Source: Rubrobacterales bacterium
GTDB taxonomy: Bacteria; Actinomycetota; Rubrobacteria; Rubrobacterales; Rubrobacteraceae
NCBI GenBank assembly: GCA_038199155.1
Contig: JBBPZK010000194.1
Span: forward strand, 1 to 32,281
DNA: 32,281 nucleotides
Direction of reading: 5' to 3'
A program made the position numbers and the translations under genes. A model generated the notes under the pieces. That model was not told the origin of the DNA and searched no databases. It saw only the letters and a list, made by a program, of their open reading frames with translations. Position 1 is the stretch's first letter, and each line of letters starts with the position of its first letter. Positions 1 through 7,545 of this stretch are shown here, piece by piece.

Positions 1-278
1 AGCCGGAGAAACGTCTCCTCCGCCAGGCGTTTGACGGCTGGCTCCCGGAAGACTTCCTGTGGCGCAAGAAAGCCCAGTTCGGCGACGGCTCCGGCGCGGC
101 CTCTGTCCTCAGGAAGCGCATGGAAGAGAGCGTCTCAGAAGAGGAGTTCGAGCGCGAGCAGAATGATGTAGAACCTCCGCTACGCACCCGAGAGGAACTG
201 GCCTACTATCGCATCTTCGCAGAACATTTAGGGGAGGTGCGCCCGAAGCACACCATTGGCCGCTTCGCCACGGCGTGA
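1..278 (+). CDS. asnB: asparagine synthase (glutamine-hydrolysing), C-terminal fragment; 5' end lies outside the window
   Basis: The frame starting at nt 3 is open to TGA 276-278. The translation PEKRLLRQAFDGWLPEDFLWRKKAQFGDGSG...LAYYRIFAEHLG resembles the conserved C-terminal synthetase region of AsnB-type enzymes. Confidence 0.75.
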   Translation, partial: PEKRLLRQAFDGWLPEDFLWRKKAQFGDGSGAASVLRKRMEESVSEEEFEREQNDVEPPLRTREELAYYRIFAEHLGEVRPKHTIGRFATA

Positions 279-300
279 CCCGAAGCCATCACGCCGTGGC
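267..300. terminator. 12-bp perfect stem-loop between convergent genes (tail-less terminator candidate)
   Basis: GCCACGGCGTGA (267-278) pairs with TCACGCCGTGGC (289-300) around a 10-nt loop. The 5' arm overlaps the asnB stop codon. There is no U-tract on either strand. Confidence 0.45.
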
Positions 301-317
301 ACATTCCTGGCGGAAGG

Positions 318-1109
318 TTAAGAGTAGTACTCGGGAGCCTTTTTGAACTTGGGCCACTCCTCCGGGTCGTGGCCCGTGACGAGTGTGGCGTCGAGGGCTT
401 CCACGGTGCGACGGACCCTACGCGTGGAGTTGGCTACGTCGGCGGCGGAGTGGATCAGGCCGGGCAAAGCTGTCTCATTGTAGTGATCCATTGTATAACA
501 CGCGTCTGCGGTCAGCATCATCGGGCCTTCGCCGGGAAGGTCCACGATGAGCGAGGTGTGGCCCGGCGCGTGTCCGGGCGTAAAGAGCGTTTTCATGGTC
601 CCGTCACCGAAGAGATCGTAGCCGTCGTCGTGTTCGCCGTCGAGAAAAAGCCAGCTTACGTCCCGGTCGAAGTCCGGGCGGATGTAGGCTGGTTTCTGGA
701 ACCAGTCGGGGGTGTAGGCGTACTGTAGCTCCCGGCGCTGCACTATGTACTCGGCGTTCGGGAAGTGGCCTATCGCACCGGAGTGGTCCAGGTGCAGGTG
801 GGATTGGACGACGTAGCGGATAGAGGCCGGGTCGATGTCCAGCCTCTCCAGTTGGTTGAGGACGAAGTCGTCCTCGCTCATTACCGGTTCGTAGGCGTCC
901 GTAACGGCTCCCCAGTGGCCGCGGGCGTCCTGGGCAACTTCGAGGGCGTTGCCGCCGTCGTAGAGGACGTTACCCCTGGGGTGCGTGATCAGAAAAAAAG
1001 GAACGGGGATCTCATACGGGTCCCCAAGCCCCTGGTTCATCTTGATGAACTGCACCTGGGTCTTTAAGCTCCCGCACTCCATCATGTACAGTCGTAGATC
1101 ATCCGACAT
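318..1109 (-). CDS. MBL-fold metallo-hydrolase, N-acyl-homoserine-lactonase (AiiA/AttM)-like
   Basis: This 263-aa ORF carries the HLHLDHSG (HxHxDH) zinc motif and later His/Asp ligands (TPGHAPGH, GHD). An AAAGGAG SD lies 5 nt upstream of ATG 1109. Confidence 0.85.
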   Translation of the reverse strand: MSDDLRLYMMECGSLKTQVQFIKMNQGLGDPYEIPVPFFLITHPRGNVLYDGGNALEVAQDARGHWGAVTDAYEPVMSEDDFVLNQLERLDIDPASIRYVVQSHLHLDHSGAIGHFPNAEYIVQRRELQYAYTPDWFQKPAYIRPDFDRDVSWLFLDGEHDDGYDLFGDGTMKTLFTPGHAPGHTSLIVDLPGEGPMMLTADACYTMDHYNETALPGLIHSAADVANSTRRVRRTVEALDATLVTGHDPEEWPKFKKAPEYYS

Positions 1110-1176
1110 TGTTTCTCCTTTCGGTCGAAAGCATTTCAGCTTGCCAGCACTTCAGCTTTTTGCTGACTAGCTCTAT

Positions 1177-2463
1177 TTACCAATTCTCCATCGACTCGCG
1201 GAGTATGTTCGCGAGGTCTTCTTCCGTCGTTTCGCGGGGGGCGCCCACGAGAAGGCGTTGCTGCTTCATGGCTCCTTCGACCAGTTGGTCTATGTCACCC
1301 TCGTCGTATCCGAGTTCCCGGACGCCGCTCGGGGCGCCGACGTCTTTCATCAGTTGGATCAGGATTTCCGACAGCGTGTTCTCGTCGGCTTTCTCTATCC
1401 TCTTGCCGGCGAGTAGCTCCGCGACCTGCCGGTGACGTTCCGGCTGGGACTCGTAAGTAAAGCGGAAGGCTGATGGGGCCGTGACGATCACCGACCAACC
1501 GTGTGGCACGTAGGGATGGTCTACTTCGTAGCCGGGTGGCTGGTACTCGTGCTTGAGGCTTGCTATCGGGTAGGCGCAGGCGTGCGGGATATGGACCCCC
1601 GCCGAGCCGAAGCCGATCCCCGCCAGAGAAGCACCGAGCATCATCGCGCCGCGCGCCTCGACATCCTCACCGTTCTCGACGGCCCGCCGTAGATATTTTC
1701 CGCCGTATTCGAGCGCCTTGCCAGACCACATATCCGCTATCGGGTTCGCCCCCTGGTAGGGCGGACGGTCTCCAGGAGAGTCTGACTTCGGGCGCTCGTC
1801 GTAGGGTTTTGAGAGGTAGGATTCGGCAGCGTGGCAGACTACATCAAGGCCGCAGGAAGAGGTGACACCCGAAGGTAGACTCATGGTGAGGAGCGGGTCC
1901 ACGACGCCCCGGTCCGGCCTCATGTACTGGTGCGAGATTCCCGTTTTCACCTTCTGATCCGGGATGTCCAGGATCGCGACGGTCGTCGCCTCGGCGCCGG
2001 TCCCAGACGTGGTCGGGATGGCGAGAAGCGGTTTTAGAGGCGAAGGCGGTTTCTTGCCGCCGCCCACGGGCGGGTTGACGTATTCGATGATCTCACCGCC
2101 GTGCGTCGCTATGAGGTTGCTCACTTTCGCCGTGTCGATGCTGGATCCACCACCGACAGCTACAAATCCGTCGAAGTCGCCTTCTACGGCGAAGTCCGCC
2201 GCAGCCTGGAAGGAGTCCGCTGTCGGCTCCACCCGTGAGCGGTCCCAGACCTCGACCTCTATCCCTTCGGCCTCGATCAACTCCTGAATATGCCCCGTTA
2301 TATTCGTCTTCACCACGCCCGGGTCCGAGATGAGCATCACCCTTTTCACACCCATCCGCTTGAGTTCCCATCCGGCCTCCTCGGAAGCGCCGGGACCATA
2401 CTTCAGAGGTGTTGCTTCCATCGTAAAGATGGTCTCGTGCCTGGAATTCCCGTTGCCTTGCAT
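1177..2463 (-). CDS. iron-containing alcohol dehydrogenase family (hydroxyacid-oxoacid transhydrogenase-like)
   Basis: The ORF spans 1177..2505. I place the start at ATG 2463 because AAAGGAG lies 5 nt upstream. It has the Fe-ADH signatures GGGSSIDTAK and a His-rich metal site (CHAAESY, GVHIPHACAYP). Confidence 0.85.
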   Translation of the reverse strand: MQGNGNSRHETIFTMEATPLKYGPGASEEAGWELKRMGVKRVMLISDPGVVKTNITGHIQELIEAEGIEVEVWDRSRVEPTADSFQAAADFAVEGDFDGFVAVGGGSSIDTAKVSNLIATHGGEIIEYVNPPVGGGKKPPSPLKPLLAIPTTSGTGAEATTVAILDIPDQKVKTGISHQYMRPDRGVVDPLLTMSLPSGVTSSCGLDVVCHAAESYLSKPYDERPKSDSPGDRPPYQGANPIADMWSGKALEYGGKYLRRAVENGEDVEARGAMMLGASLAGIGFGSAGVHIPHACAYPIASLKHEYQPPGYEVDHPYVPHGWSVIVTAPSAFRFTYESQPERHRQVAELLAGKRIEKADENTLSEILIQLMKDVGAPSGVRELGYDEGDIDQLVEGAMKQQRLLVGAPRETTEEDLANILRESMENW

Positions 2464-2517
2464 AACGGCTCCTTTCCCTTCCGGTCTCTCCCGTCCCCGA
2501 AACATAGATGTACCCTC

Positions 2518-2546
2518 AATATATCCTCGCCGTAAACCAGCGGCAA
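2518..2546 (-). promoter_or_regulatory. sigma70-type promoter candidate for the Fe-ADH gene
   Basis: On the minus strand: TTGCCG (2546-2541), a 17-nt spacer, then TATATT (2523-2518). It lies about 50 nt upstream of ATG 2463. Confidence 0.35.
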
Positions 2547-2553
2547 GCAGAAA

Positions 2554-4659
2554 CTACCCGAAATCGAGCTTTACGCGATGATCCTCATCGAGGGTTAGCG
2601 AGGCGGAGAATGATTTGCCGGCTTTGCTCTTGAAACCCTTGAGATTGCCGGTCTCGCCCCGTTCGAGGAGCTGCCGGGCCTGCGCGGCGCTGACCTTCTT
2701 GCCAGCGACGGTCTTCCAGATCGCGAATTTACAGCCGCTACTCTTCCAGGCCGAGCATCCGTAGGCTTTCTTTGTCTCGACGACCGGGGCCCCGCATTTC
2801 GGGCACGCTCCGAGCGGCTCCCGGCTCAAGGTGACCGTCGGGGAGGCGACCTTCTCTCCCTCCATGCCGCGCACCCCTTCGACGACCGAGGCGGCGAAGA
2901 TCCCTATCTCCTCCATGAAGCCCGCGCGCCGCTCCGAGCCACGCTCCATCGCGGCGAGCCGCTCTTCCCAGTTGGCGGTCAGTTCCGGGGAGGAGAGCGG
3001 ACTTTCCCCGAGCAGACGGATCAGGGCGCGTCCTTTCTCCGTCGGGACGAGCACTTTCTTCTGACGTTCCAGATAGCCGACCTTGATGAGCCGCTCGATG
3101 GTCGCCGCCCGGGTGGCCGGTGTCCCGAGGCCGGAATCCTTCATCGCCTGTCGCAACTCCTCATCTTCGACGAGCTTCCCGGCCGTCTCCATCGCCCCGA
3201 GCAACGCCGACTCCGAGTAACGTGGCGGCGGCTTGGTCTCCCCCTCTTTAGCCGCTGCCTTCACAACGGCCCACTCCTGTCCCCGCTCTATTTCGGGCAG
3301 GACCAGCGGCTCCTTCTCCCTCTTTCCCCCGACGCCGTCCGGGTAGAGTCTGCGCCATCCGGCCTCCAGCACAACCCTGCCCCGCGAGAGGAAAGTCTCA
3401 CCCCGCACCACGGTCACGACGGTAGTGTTCTTGAAGCGGGCGGTTGGGAAAAAGACGGCCAGGAAACGACACGATACAAGATCGTAGACCTTCGCCTCAT
3501 CCGGCGGCAGCCCTCCGGAAGACTTCTTGCCGGTCGGGATGATGGCGTGATGGTCGGTGACCTTCGCGTCATCCACTATGCGTTTGCTGATCGGGAGTTT
3601 CGGCAGGTCGAGCAACTCTTTGGCGAACGGGGCGAGGTCCGGGAGTGATTCGGCGGCCGCGACACGCTTTTTGAGCGTCGTAACCATGTCTTTGGAGAGG
3701 TAGCGACTGGAGGTGCGCGGGTAGGTGATGAGCTTCCGCTCCTCGTAGAGCGCCTGGGCGGCCCGCAGCGTCCGCTCGGCGGTGAAGCCGAACTTCGCGT
3801 TGGCGTTGCGCTGGAGCTCGGTCAGGTCGTATAGCAGCGGCGGCTTCTCGGAGGTCTCCTTCTGCTGCACTTTTTCTACCGTTCCGGTCCCGCCCCGGAC
3901 TTTCGCCACGATAGCCTCGGCCGCTTCCTTCTCCTTCAGGCGGCCTTGCTTCCCCTTGAACCAGAGGCCGTCGTAGGTTGATCCGTCGCACTTAAAGCGT
4001 GCGTGGACGGTCCAGAACTTCTCGGGTTTGAAGCTCTCTATCTCCTGCTCACGGTCGACTATGAGCTTCAGGGTCGGGGTCTGGACGCGGCCGACGGAGA
4101 GGACGTTGCCGGGTCGTCCGAAGCGGGCGGAGTAGGCGCGGGTCGCGTTCATACCGACGATCCAGTCGGCCTCGCTGCGGCTGCGGGCGGCGTCTTCGAG
4201 CGGTTTCATGCTCCGCCCGTCGCGCAGGGATGCGAAGCCTCCCCGGATAGCCTCGGGGGTGAGGGAGGAGATCCAGAGCCTACGGACCGGCTTTCGGCAA
4301 CCGGAGAGCCCGTAGAGGTAGGCGAAAATAAGCTCCCCCTCCCTCCCCGCGTCGCAGGCGTTGACGATCTCGGTCACCGCGGAATCTTTCAGAAGCCCTT
4401 TGACAATGGCGAACTGCTCTCGCGTCCTGGAACTTACCCGGACCTTGAACCTCTCCGGCAGGATGGGCAGGGTCTCCAGACGCCACCTCTTGTACTCTTC
4501 GCCGTAGGCATCGGGGGGCGCCAGCTCCACCAGGTGTCCCAGCGCCCAGGTGACGGTCCACCCATCACCGGTCAGAGAGCCCTTCTCGCGGTGGTGCTTT
4601 CCAAGGGCGCCCGCTATGTCCCGTCCCACTGACGGTTTCTCGGCGACGATCAACCTCAT
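2554..4659 (-). CDS. topB: DNA topoisomerase III (type IA)
   Basis: This 701-aa ORF has the Toprim start MRLIVAEKPSVGRDIA and the active-site Tyr region LITYPRTSSRYL. It has a C-terminal zinc ribbon (CPKCGAPVVETKKAYGCSAWKSSGCKF). Confidence 0.9.
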   Translation of the reverse strand: MRLIVAEKPSVGRDIAGALGKHHREKGSLTGDGWTVTWALGHLVELAPPDAYGEEYKRWRLETLPILPERFKVRVSSRTREQFAIVKGLLKDSAVTEIVNACDAGREGELIFAYLYGLSGCRKPVRRLWISSLTPEAIRGGFASLRDGRSMKPLEDAARSRSEADWIVGMNATRAYSARFGRPGNVLSVGRVQTPTLKLIVDREQEIESFKPEKFWTVHARFKCDGSTYDGLWFKGKQGRLKEKEAAEAIVAKVRGGTGTVEKVQQKETSEKPPLLYDLTELQRNANAKFGFTAERTLRAAQALYEERKLITYPRTSSRYLSKDMVTTLKKRVAAAESLPDLAPFAKELLDLPKLPISKRIVDDAKVTDHHAIIPTGKKSSGGLPPDEAKVYDLVSCRFLAVFFPTARFKNTTVVTVVRGETFLSRGRVVLEAGWRRLYPDGVGGKREKEPLVLPEIERGQEWAVVKAAAKEGETKPPPRYSESALLGAMETAGKLVEDEELRQAMKDSGLGTPATRAATIERLIKVGYLERQKKVLVPTEKGRALIRLLGESPLSSPELTANWEERLAAMERGSERRAGFMEEIGIFAASVVEGVRGMEGEKVASPTVTLSREPLGACPKCGAPVVETKKAYGCSAWKSSGCKFAIWKTVAGKKVSAAQARQLLERGETGNLKGFKSKAGKSFSASLTLDEDHRVKLDFG

Positions 4660-4665
4660 ACCCGA

Positions 4666-4671
4666 AGTATA
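4666..4671 (-). promoter_or_regulatory. -10 box 6 nt upstream of the topB ATG (leaderless mRNA candidate)
   Basis: The minus strand reads TATACT-tcgggt-ATG. No purine-rich SD lies between or upstream. Confidence 0.3.
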
Positions 4672-4707
4672 GGCGATGGCTACCGGCTCTCCATCCCACT
4701 CTTGACT

Positions 4708-5376
4708 TCAGGATTCGTGTATCTCGCCGCCGAGTATCTTCTCGTCGCTGGCTCCGGGGTTTCTGTCGACGGTTTCGTAAGTTATCCCGACCTTCGGGTA
4801 ATGTCCGATGAAATGAGGCGCGTTCAGGTTCGCATCTACCTTGCCGCTCTGCCCGACGATGAAGGTACCCCCGCTGACGCGCCGACCGTCTTTCACGAAC
4901 CACAGCTCATAGTACTGTCCGTCCTTACAGGGCGGCAAGCCCCACGCGTCGAGCTTCACTCGCACGTTCATCCCCGAGTCGTAGAGAAGGACTTTGCCTC
5001 CCGCCTGGGCGGATGGGCCCTCCGGCCGAAGGGTAGCCGAGGCCACAGTAGTAGGGCCAAAGACACCCGAGGCGTACAGGGTCGCGGCCAGGGCGAACAG
5101 CACCAGGACAGTTGCCGCCGCGGCCAGCGGCGCCAAGTATCTCTGGCGCCGCTGCGGCAGCTGGTCCATGAACCTGGTCTTCAATCCCGGTGGCGGATGC
5201 TCGGACATCCACGCCAGCTCTGTCATGTGTTCGTGGGCCCACCAGAGCTCTCGCTCTTCCAGCCGGCATTCGGCACAGCGGCGCAGGTGATCCTCGACCC
5301 TCTGCTCCTCCTCCGGGTCCAGGGCGCCGAGCAGGTAGGGACCGAGAAGGTCGCGTACTCTCAGGTGCTCATTCAC
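4708..5376 (-). CDS. anti-sigma factor (zf-HC2 N-domain, one TM segment, RskA-like extracytoplasmic domain)
   Basis: It has the H-x3-C-x2-C motif (EDHLRRCAECR) and the central hydrophobic segment LAPLAAAATVLVLFALAATLY. Its GTG start overlaps the sigma gene stop by 8 nt (GTGAATGA). Confidence 0.8.
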   Translation of the reverse strand: MNEHLRVRDLLGPYLLGALDPEEEQRVEDHLRRCAECRLEERELWWAHEHMTELAWMSEHPPPGLKTRFMDQLPQRRQRYLAPLAAAATVLVLFALAATLYASGVFGPTTVASATLRPEGPSAQAGGKVLLYDSGMNVRVKLDAWGLPPCKDGQYYELWFVKDGRRVSGGTFIVGQSGKVDANLNAPHFIGHYPKVGITYETVDRNPGASDEKILGGEIHES

Positions 5377-5902
5377 CCCGGTGCCCTCGTTCCTCGTCGG
5401 GGTCCATCCTCTCGCGCAGAGTCCGTAGCGCGGCGGTGGTCCTGCTCTTTACCGTCCCGAGGGGCGTATCCGTGCGCCGGGCTATCTCTCGCTGGGAGAG
5501 CCCTTTCATGTAGGCCAGGGTCAGAACTTCCCGGTGCACCGGGGAGAGCGTTGAAAGAGCGACAGCCAGGTCAAAGCTGCGAGACACGATGCCGGCGTGA
5601 TCTTGCTCTCCCATGATCGGCAGAGTAGCGCCATCGACGGTCCGCACCCGTGCCTTGCGCCGGCGCGCCATGTCCGTCGCCCGGTTCCGGGTTATGCGAT
5701 AGAGCCAGGTTGCGAAGCTCGCCCTCGAGGGATCAAAACTCGCGGCGTTTCGCCACACGGACAGAAAAACGTCCTGAGCCAGGTCTTCCGCAAGCCCCCA
5801 GTCACCCAGGTACCGCACGCCCATGCCGTAGACCAGCGCTCCGTAGTGATCGTAGAGTTCCGAAACAGCACGCTCTTCGCCCGAGACCGCTATCTTCTCC
5901 AT
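5369..5902 (-). CDS. ECF-type RNA polymerase sigma factor (SigK-like)
   Basis: Region 2 (DLAQDVFLSVWRNAASF, TWLYRITRNRA) and region 4 (LSQREIARRTDTPLGTVKSRTTAAL) are present. I start at ATG 5902 (177 aa). The 98 upstream codons of the 275-aa ORF show no sigma-like sequence. The start is uncertain because no clear SD is present. Confidence 0.8.
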   Translation of the reverse strand: MEKIAVSGEERAVSELYDHYGALVYGMGVRYLGDWGLAEDLAQDVFLSVWRNAASFDPSRASFATWLYRITRNRATDMARRRKARVRTVDGATLPIMGEQDHAGIVSRSFDLAVALSTLSPVHREVLTLAYMKGLSQREIARRTDTPLGTVKSRTTAALRTLRERMDPDEERGHRGE

Positions 5903-6066
5903 CAGAGTTTCGTCTTTGATGCGACCTGCCCCAGGCTTCTCCCAGCGGTCTGCAAAGGAGAGATGTCTCTTCTCAACACTCTCTTCCTCGTTAATAATAG
6001 CCTGCCGCGCGCCGGTACGTGCGGGGTTACCGCAAACCTCTGGATCTCGCGTCGTCGCTCGGCTCA

Positions 6067-6750
6067 TCATATACAGGTGCATACGTCGGGCGCGGGCCAG
6101 CGGATTGCGACCCGCACCCTTCCGGAGCCTGACGAGGATAAGCCGGTACAGCGGCTCAAGGCTCCGTAACGTGATCCCGGCTCTCCGGCGATCCAAAGTA
6201 CGTTGCTGGCCCCGAAGGCGGCTCTGAGGGCACCCGCCAGCGGCGGCCCGACCAGCAACGAGGAGCGCTCCATCGCCTGAAAAGCAGAGTTCGCCCGCTC
6301 CCTCGGCATCCCGGTTTTCCGGGCGAGGTCCGAGATCAGGTTGAGCCGCGCGCTCGAGCCCGGCGCGTCGAAGAAGCTTCCCAGAAACACCAGCGCCAGA
6401 AGTTGCCAGAAAGCGAGACCGACGGTGTCATAAAGTAGCGGTATCATCGCCACGGTTACCCCACTCATAACGTCGGCGGCGATGCTGGTTCGCCTGAAAC
6501 CCAGCCGGTCCACCATCGGACCACCGAAGAACCCCGCCAGGACGAGGGCCAGCGCGATGGCCCCACCACTCAAGCCGGTCTTGGCTGCGCTGCCGGTCGT
6601 GTGCACCACGAACCAGGGTACGGCGACAAAGGTCAACGAGTTGCCAACCATCGAGAACGCCCCCGCCCCCAACAAAGCAAATACCGGGGCTCGTCCCACC
6701 CGTTCTGTTGAAGTCTCCCTACTCACAAACCGGCAGGTTATCCAACCCAA
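6067..6750 (-). pseudogene. MFS transporter (EntS/MFS_3-like), N-terminal half only; probable truncated gene
   Basis: About five TM helices of a typical MFS N-domain run up to ...AAFGASNVLWI (about nt 6190). The last roughly 40 codons (AGEPGSRYGALSRCTGLSSSGSGRVRVAIRWPAPDVCTCI) are not membrane-like. No C-terminal six-helix half is present in any frame downstream. Confidence 0.5.
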
Positions 6751-6776
6751 CTGCCATCAGCAAGGGTGCCGCCTTC

Positions 6777-6785
6777 TGGTATAAT
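6777..6785 (+). promoter_or_regulatory. extended -10 promoter (TGgTATAAT) for tRNA-Ser
   Basis: TG lies at 6777-6778 and TATAAT at 6780-6785. The mature tRNA 5' end is 13 nt downstream of the hexamer. Confidence 0.4.
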
Positions 6786-6798
6786 TCGTGACTCAATT

Positions 6799-6888
6799 GG
6801 AGGAGTGGCCGAGTGGTTGAAGGCGGCACCCTGCTAAGGTGTTATACCTCTCAACGGGGTATCGAGGGTTCGAATCCCTCCTCCTCCG
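6799..6888 (+). tRNA. tRNA-Ser(GCU): tRNA-Ser, anticodon GCU (class II, long variable arm)
   Basis: I folded the cloverleaf by hand. Acceptor stem GGAGGAG/CTCCTCC, D stem GCC/GGC and anticodon stem GCACC/GGTGT. Anticodon loop CTGCTAA, variable stem ATACC/GGTAT, T arm GAGGG-TTCGAAT-CCCTC and discriminator G. No CCA is encoded. Confidence 0.95.
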
Positions 6889-6933
6889 CACTTCCTTGTA
6901 TACCAGGTATCACCCAAACCATGGCGCAAGAAA

Positions 6934-6961
6934 AGAGGGCCGGTATATGAACCGGCCCTCT
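6934..6961 (-). terminator. rho-independent terminator of the 66-aa gene (may also stop tRNA read-through)
   Basis: AGAGGGCCGGT (6934-6944) pairs with ACCGGCCCTCT (6951-6961) around a 6-nt loop. On the minus strand the stem is followed by TTTTCTT. Confidence 0.6.
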
Positions 6962-7064
6962 CAGCCTATCTGAACGGGGATGGACAGCCCGCCGACTCCG
7001 GAAGGAGCGCTGGTCTCTCTACTGTGCATTCCCCTTCATAGGCTTGGCGAAGCGCACGCTCTCT

Positions 7065-7265
7065 CTAGGCCATGCCGCGCAACTCGGCGACCATATCGAG
7101 GCCCTGCTGCTTGCACAGGTCCTTGGGGCGCATTATCGCCTGCTCGTCCAACAGGTTCCGGGTCCTTGCCTCTTTTTCGAGGTGACGCTCGATGACGTCA
7201 ATGGCCTGATCAACCTCCTCGCGGGTGTGCTCGCGCACCTTCTCGTGATTAATGGTGAGGGTCAT
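7065..7265 (-). CDS. hypothetical small protein (66 aa, charged and helical-looking)
   Basis: An SD GGAGGTG lies 7 nt before ATG 7265. The gene has its own TTGACA-N17-TATTCT promoter and a downstream terminator. I recognise no family. Confidence 0.65.
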   Translation of the reverse strand: MTLTINHEKVREHTREEVDQAIDVIERHLEKEARTRNLLDEQAIMRPKDLCKQQGLDMVAELRGMA

Positions 7266-7335
7266 TTATCTGTCACCTCCTCTCCTTAGCGGATTGGGCG
7301 GAGATTGTAACTTTTGATCCGCCCGGCTTTTCATC

Positions 7336-7364
7336 AGAATACGGGCGGACCCGGCCCTTGTCAA
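7336..7364 (-). promoter_or_regulatory. sigma70-type promoter of the 66-aa gene
   Basis: On the minus strand: perfect -35 TTGACA (7364-7359), a 17-nt spacer, then TATTCT (7341-7336). The predicted 5' UTR of about 60 nt contains a GGGCGGA/TCCGCCC hairpin. Confidence 0.5.
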
Positions 7365-7393
7365 GAATGAATTTTCTTTTTTTCTGAAGACGC

Positions 7394-7545
7394 TACAATT
7401 TTGTTTCCATGCACATAGATGCGCCCCAGGGGAAGAGATCTTATTATCCAGATGTCCTACCCGGAGGTGAAAGCACTTTCCACCAGGCGCGGCGCCACGA
7501 ATAAGACGTTCTCGGAGAGGCGAAAGCCGGGTTCTTTTTCTTAGC
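7394..7545 (+). other. candidate short transcript: a leaderless 31-codon ORF (7409..7504) or an sRNA
   Basis: TACAAT (7394-7399) is preceded by a T-rich tract, and an ATG lies 9 nt downstream. The ORF reads MHIDAPQGKRSYYPDVLPGGESTFHQARRHE. A weak hairpin CTCGG/CCGGG (7511-7531) is followed by TTCTTTTTCTT. Codon third positions are A/T-rich, unlike the neighbouring genes. Confidence 0.25.

Noticed and set aside
4702-5616. 304-aa plus-strand ORF antisense to the anti-sigma and sigma genes
   Set aside because: It has the same mirror-frame artefact composition (Arg/Pro/Gly-rich). The opposite strand carries two genes with clear family motifs and translational coupling.
5903-6196. 98-codon N-terminal extension of the ECF sigma ORF
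   Set aside because: It shows no sigma region 1/2-like sequence and overlaps the MFS tail. The 177-aa product from ATG 5902 matches normal ECF size. I could not find a strong SD for any start, so the exact start remains uncertain.
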